DNA of 64,000 nucleotides, taken from NCBI GenBank assembly GCA_965242965.1, contig OZ251518.1:5248001-5312000 (forward strand), in the 5' to 3' direction. Under the pieces are notes generated by a model. The model was not told where the DNA came from and ran no database searches. It saw only the letters and a program-made list of their open reading frames with translations. The position numbers and the translations under genes are program-made. Each line of letters starts with the position of its first letter. Position 1 is the first letter of the stretch. Below are positions 1-10,576 of this stretch, piece by piece. This DNA is from Candidatus Poribacteria bacterium (GTDB lineage Bacteria; Poribacteria; WGA-4E; WGA-3G).

Positions 1-854
1 GCTGAAACCCCCGCGGCGTCCGCTGTTCGTAACGTCATCCCTAAATTATCGGGATTCCCGATATTTTCGGCGATGAGCAAGGTGCAACTCGGACTAAAGT
101 GAAAGTTCAGTTGATTGGACTCCATCAAAAATCGGCGATAGTTGAAATGCACCGATGCCACTATCGGCGGGACAGGACGGGTTGTGGTGACGGAGCCCAT
201 CACGCCATCGCTGACTTGGTAATAGGCGAGATTTTCGGCATGTGCTCGCGTGAGGAGGCTTTTCCCTGCCATTGTCCCAACGAAACCGGCGGTATAGAGA
301 ATCGTTTCTACCGGCACCCCATCTGTAACGGCGCGCGCGACGATGCGCTCCCCTTCTATCACAAATTGCCCATGCTCCAATTTGCCCTTCAAGGAGGTAA
401 GTTTCCGAAACTGCGAAGCAACCGCATCCTTGCGTTTGGAAACAGGGCGGCGTTCTGCCTTACCGGAACTGCCGCGTTTGACACCGCGATAGAAGCGTCC
501 CGACTCCGACTCGGTAAACTCGCCCACCAAAACTTCACGCAACGCATTGTCCATCCACTTCTCTGGAAGATGAAACAAGCCTGAGTTTTGCCGTGGAAAG
601 GCGAGTAGGAGTTCGCGCAATGCCCTTTCCGTTGTGGCAGTGAGATACACCTCATAGTCCTCTGCTTGCGTGCTAGTTGGCCACATCAGCAGCACGCCGT
701 TGATTTTCTGCCAACCCGACACACTGACGTGCAGCCCGCAGCGCGCAGACGAACGCGATGCCTTAAAACGGGAAACTGCATCAGTATCAGCGTTCTCTTT
801 TTCCAAGAAATCGATGATTTTCTCGTAATCTAAAGCATTTTCTTCCGTGTCCAT
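1..854 (-). CDS. TrmH/SpoU-family RNA methyltransferase, 3' end truncated by window edge
   Basis: Not in the ORF track. Manual translation from ATG 854 (MDTEENALDYEK) gives FVIEGERIVARA and the SPOUT motif LLIAENIGNPDNLGMTLRTADAAGV. Confidence 0.85.
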   Translation of the reverse strand, partial: MDTEENALDYEKIIDFLEKENADTDAVSRFKASRSSARCGLHVSVSGWQKINGVLLMWPTSTQAEDYEVYLTATTERALRELLLAFPRQNSGLFHLPEKWMDNALREVLVGEFTESESGRFYRGVKRGSSGKAERRPVSKRKDAVASQFRKLTSLKGKLEHGQFVIEGERIVARAVTDGVPVETILYTAGFVGTMAGKSLLTRAHAENLAYYQVSDGVMGSVTTTRPVPPIVASVHFNYRRFLMESNQLNFHFSPSCTLLIAENIGNPDNLGMTLRTADAAGVS

Positions 855-865
855 AACTTGTTACA

Positions 866-1262
866 GTAGGAGAGACCTCCTGGTCTCGATGCAATAGGGC
901 GGCGCGCCTTCCGGGGCAGCGGCGACAGAAACCCCCCCCTTCATCGTAGGGCGAGGGCCTGTCCCTCGCCATCGTTCACGCTCCAGACTCTGTAGTTCAG
1001 GATCGCCTGATCCTGAACTGTTTGTGATCAGGCGATCACAAACTACAGAGGCGGAAACACACATCATGACGATGGAGATCGCGGGGGAAACCCGCTCGGA
1101 TGCGCGTATGGCATCCGAGGGCCCCCGCGCTACGATAAAAAACGCCACCTCCTCACCGTAGGGCGAGGGCCTGTCCCTCGCCATCGCTCGCGTAATCCAA
1201 CGATCGCGGGGGACAGGCCCCCGCGCTACGGGAACATCGAGACCGGGAGGTCTCGCCTACCG
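866..1262. repeat. Cluster of GTAG-type REP hairpins
   Basis: GTAGGAGAGACCTCCTGGTCTC (866), GTAGGGCGAGGGCCTGTCCCTCGCC (946), GTAGTTCAGGATCGCCTGATCCTGAA (992) and inverted partners. Confidence 0.9.
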
Positions 1263-1295
1263 GGGGGAGTCGAAACCTCCCAGACTCAATACGCG

Positions 1296-2144
1296 TTACC
1301 AAGACGTTCCTAGATAGATTGCGCCGAGCCCGACAAAGATATCCCACTTCATCCAGCGTTGGATGAAGGCGCAACTCTCCTTGGAGGCATCGCGCCACAG
1401 CCGAATGCCCAAGTAGAGGATAACCACATCCACGCCGAGCACAACAATGACCAAATAGACCGCGGAATACCATCCAAATAGATAAGGGATAGGACTAAAC
1501 AAAATAACGGCTGCGAGGAATCCTAACGCGACATTCACGGCGAGCCGCGGGTTGAGAATCGCCAGCGTCTTCACCCCGTTTTTCAGATCACCCTCTGTGT
1601 CCTCGAGGTCCTTCACAATTTCACGCGGCAGTGTAAATAGAAACGCGAAAATTGCAGGAACAATCGTGCCTCGCACCGATTCTATCGCGACACCACCGGC
1701 GATGAAGGTTAACCCTGTCAACCCACTCACAAGGAGGTTCCCGATAAACGGCGTGCCTTTCAACCAGAACGCATAAGTGACAACAGCGGCGGCGACAAGC
1801 ACTGCGATGCCGAGCGCGTTAATGTTGATACACGCGCCAAGTCCTATGCCGATTGCGATAAGGGATAAGGCAAAAATCAGCGCGTCGCGCCGGCGAATGC
1901 GGCCGGAAGGAAGCGGCCGTTGAACCCTATTGACTCGATCTATCTCATAATCGCAGTAGTCGTTTATAGCGTTGCCTGCGGAGAGCAAAACGAGTGCCGA
2001 GCCCGAAACCAGCCAGAGTTCCTGATTTAGCAAGAGAGACTGCCCGTTCTCAATCCCACGACTGGCGAACACGCCGCCGAGCCACGCGGAGATAAAAGCG
2101 ATGATGCCGTTCAGTGGGCGCGCTAATTCCAGATAATTTTTCAT
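1296..2144 (-). CDS. UbiA-family prenyltransferase (DGGGP synthase-like)
   Basis: NAINDYCDYEIDRVNRVQRPLPSG and REIVKDLEDTEGD Asp-rich motifs; multiple TM helices; start at ATG 2144. Confidence 0.85.
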   Translation of the reverse strand: MKNYLELARPLNGIIAFISAWLGGVFASRGIENGQSLLLNQELWLVSGSALVLLSAGNAINDYCDYEIDRVNRVQRPLPSGRIRRRDALIFALSLIAIGIGLGACININALGIAVLVAAAVVTYAFWLKGTPFIGNLLVSGLTGLTFIAGGVAIESVRGTIVPAIFAFLFTLPREIVKDLEDTEGDLKNGVKTLAILNPRLAVNVALGFLAAVILFSPIPYLFGWYSAVYLVIVVLGVDVVILYLGIRLWRDASKESCAFIQRWMKWDIFVGLGAIYLGTSW

Positions 2145-2196
2145 ATCATATCCGTCCGTTCGCGCCGCGGGCAAAGGTGGCTATCGCCATCCGTCC

Positions 2197-3276
2197 TTAC
2201 AGTTCTTCTTTTCGCCCCAATTCTCGGATTTGCGCCTCCAATTCCTCCACGCGTTTCTGAAGTCTGCTAAATTCAGGTAAAAGTTCCGGCAATTTTCGGG
2301 TGGCGGCGTGTATGCGCAATTCCTGTTTATGAGGACGCGCGGGAAATCCGGAGAGATGACTGCCGGGCGGCATATCCTTCGTCACCGCGGATTTTGCGTA
2401 AACGACGCTATCGTCACCGAGTGTGAGATGTCCTGCTGCACCGCCGTGTCCTGCGATGTTCACCCGGTCTCCGATGATGGTGCTTCCTGCAATACCCGCC
2501 TGCGCGGCGATGCAACAGTCCTCGCCGATAACAACGTTGTGTGCGATTTGCACGAGGTTATCCAACTTCGTTCCACGTTTGATGTGGGTTGCCGCGAGCG
2601 TTGCCCTGTCGATAGTAGTATTCGCGCCAATCTCCACGTCGTCCTCAATAATTACCGTGCCGATCTGGGGGATTTTGTGGTGCAGCGGCGTGCTTTTCTC
2701 ACGGCGTGTGCCAACCGGCGCGAAGCCGAACCCATCACTGCCGATAACAGCACCGCAGTGAATAATCACCCTGTCCCCGATAGTCACCTCCTCGCGTATG
2801 TTGACGTGTGGGTAAATCAACCCATCGGTGCCGATTTTGGTGCCTTCGCCGATATAGACGAACGGTTGTACGACGGTATTATCCCCGATTTCAACGTTGT
2901 CGGCGATGACAGCGAACGCTTGAATGGAAACGCGCTGGCCAAGTTTCACGTTCTTCCCGAGAATCGCCGTATCATCAACACCGGGGAGGACTTGATGGAT
3001 TTTATCCCTGGCGAACATTTCCAGGACTTGGACGAATGCCCAATAGGGATTCTCCACACGGACAGTCGGTTTTCCGTTGCCGACGACATCGCGGCCGATG
3101 ATAATCGCAGCCGCCTCCGTTGTCTCCATAGAGGCGAGATATTTTGAGTTCGCGATGAAGGTAATCTGTGTCGGCAGTGCCTCTTTGATACCTGAAACGC
3201 CGCTAATCTCAATCTCACCATCACCGGAGAGTTCGCCATCCAGTTCTTTGCAAATGTGCTTGAGTTTAATACGCAT
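2197..3276 (-). CDS. lpxD: UDP-3-O-acylglucosamine N-acyltransferase
   Basis: Hexapeptide repeats, IGSDGFGF, EIGANTTIDR and KLDNLVQIAHN motifs. Confidence 0.95.
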   Translation of the reverse strand: MRIKLKHICKELDGELSGDGEIEISGVSGIKEALPTQITFIANSKYLASMETTEAAAIIIGRDVVGNGKPTVRVENPYWAFVQVLEMFARDKIHQVLPGVDDTAILGKNVKLGQRVSIQAFAVIADNVEIGDNTVVQPFVYIGEGTKIGTDGLIYPHVNIREEVTIGDRVIIHCGAVIGSDGFGFAPVGTRREKSTPLHHKIPQIGTVIIEDDVEIGANTTIDRATLAATHIKRGTKLDNLVQIAHNVVIGEDCCIAAQAGIAGSTIIGDRVNIAGHGGAAGHLTLGDDSVVYAKSAVTKDMPPGSHLSGFPARPHKQELRIHAATRKLPELLPEFSRLQKRVEELEAQIRELGRKEEL

Positions 3277-3316
3277 TTTTTTAGTTCGCTCAGTCCAGCG
3301 TGCACCGGCGGCATCG

Positions 3317-3937
3317 CTATTCCGCGGTGTCTTCGTTTAACGAGCTAATCACCGTTTGTGTGAGATCGTGTTTTTCGTTGACGTAAAGCACGATGAGCCC
3401 CTTCTCAAGGATGATGTCGTAGCCGTTCGCTTCACCGAGCTCGATAATCCGGTCGCGAATTTCTTTGTAAATGGGCTCCATCAGTTTCTTCTCTTCCTCA
3501 AGCAGGCCCTGTTGTCCGAGTTCTGCCTCGCGCTGGTATTCCTGCTGTTTGCGGCGGATTTCCGCCTCCAAATCCGCTGTCTGTGCCTCCTCTACGAAAC
3601 GCTGCGTTTTCGCCTTTCTATCCTGCAGCGTCCGAATCTCATCGGCAAGAGCACTCAGACTTTTTTCTAAGCGACTGCCTTGCGTTCGGAGAACCTCAAT
3701 GGCACTTGACGCTTTGGTGTAGCCCTCTAATACCTGCTGCGTATTGACGACACCCATTTTGAAGGACTCCTGGCCGATACTGCCAGAAATGAGACAGAGC
3801 GTGGCGATTAAAACAGTGAGCATCAATAGCGATGGCGAGGCATAAGTTCCCCGCACCGTCCGTTTTGTTAGGCGTGCTTTCGCAGCACGCGACCTAGGTG
3901 ATTTCATAAATAAATCCTTTAATTTCCGGTAGGGCAT
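3317..3937 (-). CDS. skp: OmpH/Skp periplasmic chaperone (start uncertain)
   Basis: KMGVVN..VL start, coiled-coil body, GYDIILEK...DLT end; lies between bamA and lpxD. Confidence 0.85.
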   Translation of the reverse strand: MPYRKLKDLFMKSPRSRAAKARLTKRTVRGTYASPSLLMLTVLIATLCLISGSIGQESFKMGVVNTQQVLEGYTKASSAIEVLRTQGSRLEKSLSALADEIRTLQDRKAKTQRFVEEAQTADLEAEIRRKQQEYQREAELGQQGLLEEEKKLMEPIYKEIRDRIIELGEANGYDIILEKGLIVLYVNEKHDLTQTVISSLNEDTAE

Positions 3938-4009
3938 CCGACCGGGTTTGTTGTTGAGCGTCTGTTGAGGGACTCATCCCTCGCCTTGCGCCGGGCTGAA
4001 AATCGCGTG

Positions 4010-6460
4010 CTAAAATCCGGGACCGACGGTGAAATGGAATTTGCCCGCTGGCACTCCCGTAATCCTGTCTAAACCGTAACCCCATCCGAGGCGGACGAGC
4101 ATGCCGAGCATCGTAAACCGTGCCTCCGCACCGACTGCACGTTTCAGGCTAATTTCCCGAAAAACGTTTGTCGTGCTTTCATCCCACACCTGTCCGATGT
4201 CAAAAAACACGGCCGCTGTGAGCTGCGGGGAGACAGGAATGCGATATTCAAAATTGGCGAAGAACACTTTGTCACCGCCGTATGGATTTAAACTGTCGGG
4301 GTAAATCTCCCAATCCTCGTAGCCGCGGAGCGTATCCACACCACCGAGGAAGAAGCGTTCATAGAAGAGGAATTCCCTATCCGTGCTTTTGCTGAGCATA
4401 TAACCCGCGCGGGCGTGCGCCGCAAAAACGTGATTCCACCACGGACTATAGAACCAACTGGTGTCCGCCGAGTATTTCTGGAAGTTGTTATCCGCACCCA
4501 AAAACCCGCCGGAATATTCGTAAGAGAGGGTATTTAGCGAACCCGCCGTCGGGTCAAATACCGAAGTGCGGTAGTCACGGGTATCTCTACCGATGGCGAA
4601 CAGAATGCTTCGCGTAGACCTGTCGATGACTTGTGCCTCCGGCCTGTGTGCTTCAACCGATTCGTTCCGGAAGCGGACAGACAGGTCGATATTCTGCGTA
4701 ATCGGGTGTCCGAGCGATACCGAAGCACCTCTTCTACCCCAAACATACCGGTCGAAGAGATAGGAGTTCCCCCCTGTCCGCAGTGCTGCACCGACTGTCC
4801 CGTAGTAGCGTCGGAAGCGTCGGTTATCATAGAGTCGTGCATTCAGCCGCGTCGGCGTGCCGAGAATCCAAGGCGTTCCGAAGCTGAGCTCTGCGGTGTG
4901 ATGGTCGCGGGTGCCTAACTCGCCTTTAAGATGCAAGCGATAGGCGCGCCCACGGAAATTGTTTTGTCCTACCTCCGCCACGCCGAAGATACCGCCTTCG
5001 CTCCCGTAGCCGCCCCCAAGGCTCAGCATCCCGGTGCGCGGTGTTTCAGCGATGTTCACACGCAGGTCCTTCCGATTTTCATCTCCCGTATCGGTGGGCA
5101 CAAAATCAACCGCGCGGATAAAAGAGCCCATTTGGAACAACCGTTGCCGCGCTTTCCGCAAGGATTTGACATCCAGCAGCTCTTCTTGTTTAATTTTTAG
5201 CCAATCCAACTCACGTCTGACAACGTGCTCCTTCGTCTTTTCCAACCCGGAGATCAGCACCTTGTTAATGATGATGACATCGCCTTCGTTGATATTCAGT
5301 GTGATGTTCACCACGCCGTTCACCTCGTCAAACACCGGAATTGGCACAACTTCCGAGAGGAGGTAACCTTTGTCAAGGTAAGCTTGCTGCAGTTTTCCGA
5401 TGGATTCGTCAAAAGTGCCGCGGTTGAAAACCTCACCTTCGGCCGGGTCCAGCATACTCCGAATTTTCTTTTCCGAGTAGACTGCCTTTGCGCCGGATTG
5501 CACTTCAAGTTGATATGCGCCGATGACAAATTCGGGGCCCTCATCCACGTTGATGTCCAGAATCAGCCCGGTTTTGTCCTCCGTGAACCGCTTTTCATGT
5601 CCGAGGATTTTCACTTGCGCGAAGCCTCTGTCTTGGTAGTAGTTTCGGAGGTTTAAGGCTAAGTCCTCTTCTTCAAACAACAGCCGGTCAAACGGTTTTC
5701 CGACGCGCGTCTTGAGATGCTTTTGGAGTTTGTTAGCAGAGACGCGTTCGTTCCCGACGAAGTTAATCTCCTCAATTTTAACACGCGGTCCTTCCTCAAT
5801 TTCAAACGTGATCTGGATGGTTTTGGCTGCGGCAGTTTCTCCCTCCAAATCCTCCGCGTCACGCTTTTCGTCCGCCTCGTTTTCGGTATCAAGGGGCCGA
5901 ATATGAGCCTGAATGCTCACCAAGTAGTATCCCTTTTCGTGGTAAAGCTGCTTGAGGGCGCGTTCGCTCTCCCACTGCCGTCGCTCACTATAAATTTCGG
6001 AGGGCCGAAGCGTCAAGGTATCCTTGAGTTTGCCGGTGCTCATCTCTTCATTCCCGATGAAGTTGATGCCGCCAATCTTCGGGCTCTCAACGACGTTATA
6101 GATTACGGCTAACCCGCCGTCCGGAAGGGATTTCACTTCTACTGAAATATCGGAGAAGAACCCGGTATCCTTGTAGAGGCTCTCAATGTCCTTCGTGAGC
6201 AGTTCTGCCGTGATTTCCTGTCCGACGCGCGTCTGTAGGAGCGTCCGCAACATATCCTCAGACGTGGTGTGGACACCTTTAAACGCGACCTTTTTGACAA
6301 CCAGCGTTTCGTCAGCTTTGGACAGCGCAGATTTTTCGTCTGGAACGGTTTGCGCTGCTGGTTCTTCGGCTGCCGCCGCGAAACCTATTGGCCCTGCAAT
6401 GACCAGGGCGAACAGGCAAAGCGCGATGAGTTTGGTTAACATGTCTCTGATTTCCTCCAT
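4010..6460 (-). CDS. bamA: Outer membrane protein assembly factor BamA
   Basis: Signal peptide, POTRA repeats, FFLGGVDTLRGY motif, terminal Phe. Confidence 0.93.
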   Translation of the reverse strand: MEEIRDMLTKLIALCLFALVIAGPIGFAAAAEEPAAQTVPDEKSALSKADETLVVKKVAFKGVHTTSEDMLRTLLQTRVGQEITAELLTKDIESLYKDTGFFSDISVEVKSLPDGGLAVIYNVVESPKIGGINFIGNEEMSTGKLKDTLTLRPSEIYSERRQWESERALKQLYHEKGYYLVSIQAHIRPLDTENEADEKRDAEDLEGETAAAKTIQITFEIEEGPRVKIEEINFVGNERVSANKLQKHLKTRVGKPFDRLLFEEEDLALNLRNYYQDRGFAQVKILGHEKRFTEDKTGLILDINVDEGPEFVIGAYQLEVQSGAKAVYSEKKIRSMLDPAEGEVFNRGTFDESIGKLQQAYLDKGYLLSEVVPIPVFDEVNGVVNITLNINEGDVIIINKVLISGLEKTKEHVVRRELDWLKIKQEELLDVKSLRKARQRLFQMGSFIRAVDFVPTDTGDENRKDLRVNIAETPRTGMLSLGGGYGSEGGIFGVAEVGQNNFRGRAYRLHLKGELGTRDHHTAELSFGTPWILGTPTRLNARLYDNRRFRRYYGTVGAALRTGGNSYLFDRYVWGRRGASVSLGHPITQNIDLSVRFRNESVEAHRPEAQVIDRSTRSILFAIGRDTRDYRTSVFDPTAGSLNTLSYEYSGGFLGADNNFQKYSADTSWFYSPWWNHVFAAHARAGYMLSKSTDREFLFYERFFLGGVDTLRGYEDWEIYPDSLNPYGGDKVFFANFEYRIPVSPQLTAAVFFDIGQVWDESTTNVFREISLKRAVGAEARFTMLGMLVRLGWGYGLDRITGVPAGKFHFTVGPGF

Positions 6461-6508
6461 TTTTTCTCCTCTGCTGCGGTTTTCAGCGAATAGGCGTTGG
6501 ACGTGTGC

Positions 6509-7381
6509 CTACGCGTAAATCGGTGTTCCGGTGCTGTTCGCCAATTGTCGAAATGCCGCGATGAGTTTCTGTGTTACGGTGCCGGGTTGTCCATCGCCGA
6601 TGACGCGCCTGTCTATCTGGACGACAGGGATAACCTCTGCAGCCGTGCCAGTGAGGAAGCACTCGTCTGCAATATAGAGTTCGTGGCGTGTAAAGACGCG
6701 TTCCTCTACGTGCATGTCAGCCTCGCGCGCCAATTCGATGACGCTGTTCCGCGTAACGCCTTCCAAGATGCCGATGTGGCTAGGCGGCGTGACGAGCACC
6801 TCGTTCTTCACCCAGAAGATATTATCGCCGCTGCATTCCGCGACATAGCCATCGGCGTTGAGCATTAGCACCTCAACCGCGCCGGCTTGCTTCCCCTCAA
6901 TTTTCGCCAAGATGTTATTGAGGTAGTTCAGCGACTTGATGCGTGGGTTAATGGCTTCGGGATAATTCCGGCGGATGGAGGTGGTGACGATTGCCAATCC
7001 CTCTTCATAAAATTTTTGTGGATAGAGCGTGATCTTATCTGCAATAATAATGATCGAGGGGTTCGGGCATTTGTCCGGGTCCAACCCCAAGTCTCCCACG
7101 CCGCGTGTGACGATAAGGCGAATATAAGCCTCCCGGAGGTGATTTCGACGGAGTGTCTCCAGAACCGTTTCCTTCATCGTTTCGATAGGCATCGGAATCT
7201 GTAACATAATAGATTTGGCAGAGTCGTAGAGGCGTTTGAGGTGTTCGTCAAGTTTAAAGACGCGCCCGTTATAGGAGCGGATGCCCTCAAAAACGCCATC
7301 GCCGTAGAGCAAGCCGTGGTCAAACACAGAGACTTTGGCTTCTTCGGGCGGTAAAAATTCTCCGTCGATATAAATCAACAT
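6509..7381 (-). CDS. ilvE: Branched-chain amino acid aminotransferase
   Basis: DHGLLYGDGVFEGIR, IKSLNY, ILEGVTR and FLTGTAAE motifs; start at MLIYIDG. Confidence 0.95.
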   Translation of the reverse strand: MLIYIDGEFLPPEEAKVSVFDHGLLYGDGVFEGIRSYNGRVFKLDEHLKRLYDSAKSIMLQIPMPIETMKETVLETLRRNHLREAYIRLIVTRGVGDLGLDPDKCPNPSIIIIADKITLYPQKFYEEGLAIVTTSIRRNYPEAINPRIKSLNYLNNILAKIEGKQAGAVEVLMLNADGYVAECSGDNIFWVKNEVLVTPPSHIGILEGVTRNSVIELAREADMHVEERVFTRHELYIADECFLTGTAAEVIPVVQIDRRVIGDGQPGTVTQKLIAAFRQLANSTGTPIYA

Positions 7382-7445
7382 AAACGGTTCCTTCCAATTC
7401 AGCGGACTGACGCGCGTTTCGGGGTTTGTTTTGCGCCTGTCCAAT

Positions 7446-8171
7446 TTATTCAGATACTTCGCTGATTTTTCCATCAACGAGATGAACAATTCTGTCTGCA
7501 CGTTCGGCGAGTTCCTGATTGTGCGTGACGATAATGAACGTCTGTCCCGATTGTGCGTTCAGTTTCCATAAAAGTTCTAACATTGCGTCGCTACTACGCT
7601 GGTCCAGATTGCCAGTCGGTTCGTCAGCGAGGACAACTTTGGGTTGATTCATCAGTGCTCGTGCGATGGCGACACGCTGCCGTTCACCGCCGGAGAGTTG
7701 GCTTGGGTAATGCGTCAGCCGTTCGGAGAGTCCGACGTAGGCGAGCAGTTCCCGGGCCCTTTCATCGATATTGTTCTCCGTTTTTAAAGACGTGTTGCCA
7801 TCTTCACGCCACTGCTTTGCGATAATCGCGCTCATGACGACGTTTTCAAGCGCGGTAAATTCCGGTAGCAGATGATGAAACTGAAAGACAAACCCGATGC
7901 GCTTGTTCCGAAACCGGGCGAGTTCCTTATCGGGCAAAGCGAAGATATCCTGCCGTTCATAAAAGACACTTCCTATTGTCGGCCGGTCTAACGCGCCGAT
8001 GATATGAAGGAGTGTGCTTTTCCCAACACCGGATGCGCCGACGATGGCAAGCATCTCTGAAGGATGCACCGTGAAATCCACGCCTTGCAGCACGGGGAGT
8101 TCAGACTCGCCATCATAATAGGATTTATGTAAATCCTCAATGTGGATAAGTGCCTCTTGCGAGTTTGTCAC
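7446..8171 (-). CDS. lolD: Lipoprotein-releasing ABC ATPase
   Basis: Walker A GASGVGKS, LSGGERQR, ADEPTGNLD; next to lolC/E. Confidence 0.88.
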   Translation of the reverse strand: MTNSQEALIHIEDLHKSYYDGESELPVLQGVDFTVHPSEMLAIVGASGVGKSTLLHIIGALDRPTIGSVFYERQDIFALPDKELARFRNKRIGFVFQFHHLLPEFTALENVVMSAIIAKQWREDGNTSLKTENNIDERARELLAYVGLSERLTHYPSQLSGGERQRVAIARALMNQPKVVLADEPTGNLDQRSSDAMLELLWKLNAQSGQTFIIVTHNQELAERADRIVHLVDGKISEVSE

Positions 8172-8250
8172 ACTGTCTTCCTCGTCTTCCTCTTTTATGA
8201 ATGCCCCGGCGAGGGATATGCCCTCGCCCTACCGGGACAAGCAAATTACT

Positions 8251-8570
8251 GAGGGTGTTTCATATTTCGATGGCTTCCCGGTAGGAGAGACCTCCCGGTC
8301 TCGATTTCTGCCGCCGGGTCTCGCCTACCGGAAGGCATTGGGCCCACCGCTGTAGTTCGGGAGCGCCCGCTCCCGAACGGGTCAGGATCAGGCGATCCTG
8401 ACCTACAGAGGTGATGCGGTCTGCCAGCCAAACGCCTGGCGAGGGACAGGCCCTCGCCCTACGTGAAGAGGCGGCGTTTTTTTTTCATCGTAGCGCGGGG
8501 GCCCTCGGATGCCACACGCGCATCCGAGCGGGTTTCCCCCGCGACGTTGGACGATTTATGAAACACCCTC
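8251..8570. mobile_element. TIR-bounded MITE-like element carrying REP hairpins
   Basis: GAGGGTGTTTCAT...ATGAAACACCCTC ends; flanks AAATTACT and AAATTATT (7/8 match). Confidence 0.8.
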
Positions 8571-8573
8571 AAA

Positions 8574-10034
8574 TTATTCGTGTTGCAGTGCCTCAACCGG
8601 ATTCAAATTCGCCGCCTGCCATGCCGGGTAGAACGTCGCCAGCCAGCAAATCAAGAACGAGAGCGCGTTGATGAAACCGACAAAGAACCAATTGACTTTT
8701 ATCGGCAACTGATTCATCTGGTAAATTTGGCTGAGTCCCAGTTCTGCCAGAGAAATCGGTTTAACAAGACAATAGAGCCCGAGCCCGATTGCAACTAACC
8801 AAAAGAGCCACAATGCCGTTTTAAAACCCTTCGGTTTCGGAGCAATTCGCCGTAACGCAATCAGCACTTGGAACAGCACTGGCAGCGCGACGATAAGTGC
8901 CCACCACGGTGACGGCCGCACGGTGTTGGAGCTGAGAAGCCAACAGAGCGTGAGTCCCAGTCCAGTGCCGAGCAGCGTTCCAAGGAGGCCGATGACGCTT
9001 CCCTGAATCATGAAAATGCCCATCACGCTGCCGCGTGAGGAGCCGAGTGTGCGCAACGTGCCAACGTCTCTTGTCTTCTCCATGACTGTCATAATCAGTG
9101 TGCTGGCGATGTTAAACGCCGCCACCAAAATAATGAGTGCCTCAATGACAACCGTGAGCGTCTTCTCTAACCGCAGTGCGGCGAATAGCGGTGCATGCAC
9201 CTCCATCCACGTTCGCGTCATAGGAAATCCCTCTAAAACGGAGAATTCCACCGCGTCCTCAATCCGTGTGGCGGCTTGCGGTGCCAATTCCGCATCAATT
9301 AGCCGGACGAAGATGGCGTTGATACGATTTGCGTTGTTATACAACTTCTGCGCTGCTTCAATGTGAATAAACCCGAAACTGTTGTCGTAAACCGCCAATT
9401 CCGATTCATACAATCCGATGACGACGAAATTGGAAAGATCTGGGATGAACGTATCCGGATTTATCGGATGTTCCTGCAGTTCCACGACAAGACGCAAGAT
9501 GTCGCCTTTGCCGATGCCGAGCCGGTCTGCTAATCGCACGCCGAGGACGATGCCGCCGGTAATCGTGTTATCGCTCTGCAGTTCCGCCGCCGCAATGAGC
9601 GGCGAATTCTGGAAGTCAACCGAGCCTACCACAAATTGCGAGAAGCCGGTTACCGTGTCTTCCTTCGCCGGTTCAATGCCCTTGATATGAATCACGTCCT
9701 GAATTCTTTTGCTATGTTCAGGAAAAACGGCTACCTGCGAGTAAACCACCGGCGATGCGGCGACAACTTCGTCAAGTGCCTCAATCTTTGCGATGCGTTC
9801 TGAAGCTGCGCCAAAAAACTCGCTACCGTGCAACATCAAGACGACGTGTGCCTCATTCGCGAGGAACCGTTCCTTAAGCCCGTGCTCAACGCCGTTGAGC
9901 ACGGCAATCGCCAAAATTACGGTTGCCACGCCGAGTGCGACACCACCGATGGAGATGATACTGATAAGCGAGATAAAGGACTGCTTTCGCCGCGAACGGA
10001 GGTATCGTGAGGCGACAAACCATTCAAATTTCAT
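8574..10034 (-). CDS. LolC/LolE-family ABC permease
   Basis: FVASRYLRSRRKQSFISLIS, AAFNIASTLIMTVMEKTRDVG and NPVEAL motifs. Confidence 0.92.
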   Translation of the reverse strand: MKFEWFVASRYLRSRRKQSFISLISIISIGGVALGVATVILAIAVLNGVEHGLKERFLANEAHVVLMLHGSEFFGAASERIAKIEALDEVVAASPVVYSQVAVFPEHSKRIQDVIHIKGIEPAKEDTVTGFSQFVVGSVDFQNSPLIAAAELQSDNTITGGIVLGVRLADRLGIGKGDILRLVVELQEHPINPDTFIPDLSNFVVIGLYESELAVYDNSFGFIHIEAAQKLYNNANRINAIFVRLIDAELAPQAATRIEDAVEFSVLEGFPMTRTWMEVHAPLFAALRLEKTLTVVIEALIILVAAFNIASTLIMTVMEKTRDVGTLRTLGSSRGSVMGIFMIQGSVIGLLGTLLGTGLGLTLCWLLSSNTVRPSPWWALIVALPVLFQVLIALRRIAPKPKGFKTALWLFWLVAIGLGLYCLVKPISLAELGLSQIYQMNQLPIKVNWFFVGFINALSFLICWLATFYPAWQAANLNPVEALQHE

Positions 10035-10576
10035 ATTTTGACGAAATCACTTTTTAGGATACCGTAAAGGACTAAATCTTCAAAAATGCCGCACTTTCTG
10101 GCTTCTTTCGGATAGTCTCCTTCGTGTTGCATCCCGATTTTCTGCATCACGCGTCCAGAAGCCGGATTGCGTCTGAAGTGATACGCATAAATCCGATGAA
10201 GGCATAATTCGTGGAACCCGTATCCCAGGACAGCGCGCGCCGCTTCGGTGCAGTAACCGCGATGCCAATAAGGTTTACCCACCCAATAGCCGAGTTCAGC
10301 GGTACCGTGTGCATCCTTACGCCCCAGGCCAATCGCGCCAATCAGACTTCCCTCTTCTCGCAGTGTTATCGCGAACGTCGCGCCTTCTTCCTTTTCAAAT
10401 TCCTCGTGCGTTGAACGAATCCACTTTTCCGCCACGCCGTCCTCATAGGGATGCGGGATTTGCGTCATATCTGCGATGTCGTGTTCACCGGCGAGTCGTT
10501 GCACGTCCGCTGCATCCGCAAGCGTCAATGGACGGCAGGCGAGCCTATCGGTGTAGAGTGTCGGTTGTGTGCACAT
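10031..10576 (-). CDS. RimJ/RimL-type GNAT acetyltransferase
   Basis: AELGYWVG..W.RGY.TEA and NPASGRVMQKIGM motifs. Confidence 0.9.
   Translation of the reverse strand: MCTQPTLYTDRLACRPLTLADAADVQRLAGEHDIADMTQIPHPYEDGVAEKWIRSTHEEFEKEEGATFAITLREEGSLIGAIGLGRKDAHGTAELGYWVGKPYWHRGYCTEAARAVLGYGFHELCLHRIYAYHFRRNPASGRVMQKIGMQHEGDYPKEARKCGIFEDLVLYGILKSDFVKI

Noticed and set aside
99-584. Plus-strand 161-aa ORF and other long antisense ORFs (2308-3147, 12027-12980, 29723-30877, 56606-57835)
   Set aside because: These are shadows of well-supported genes on the opposite strand.
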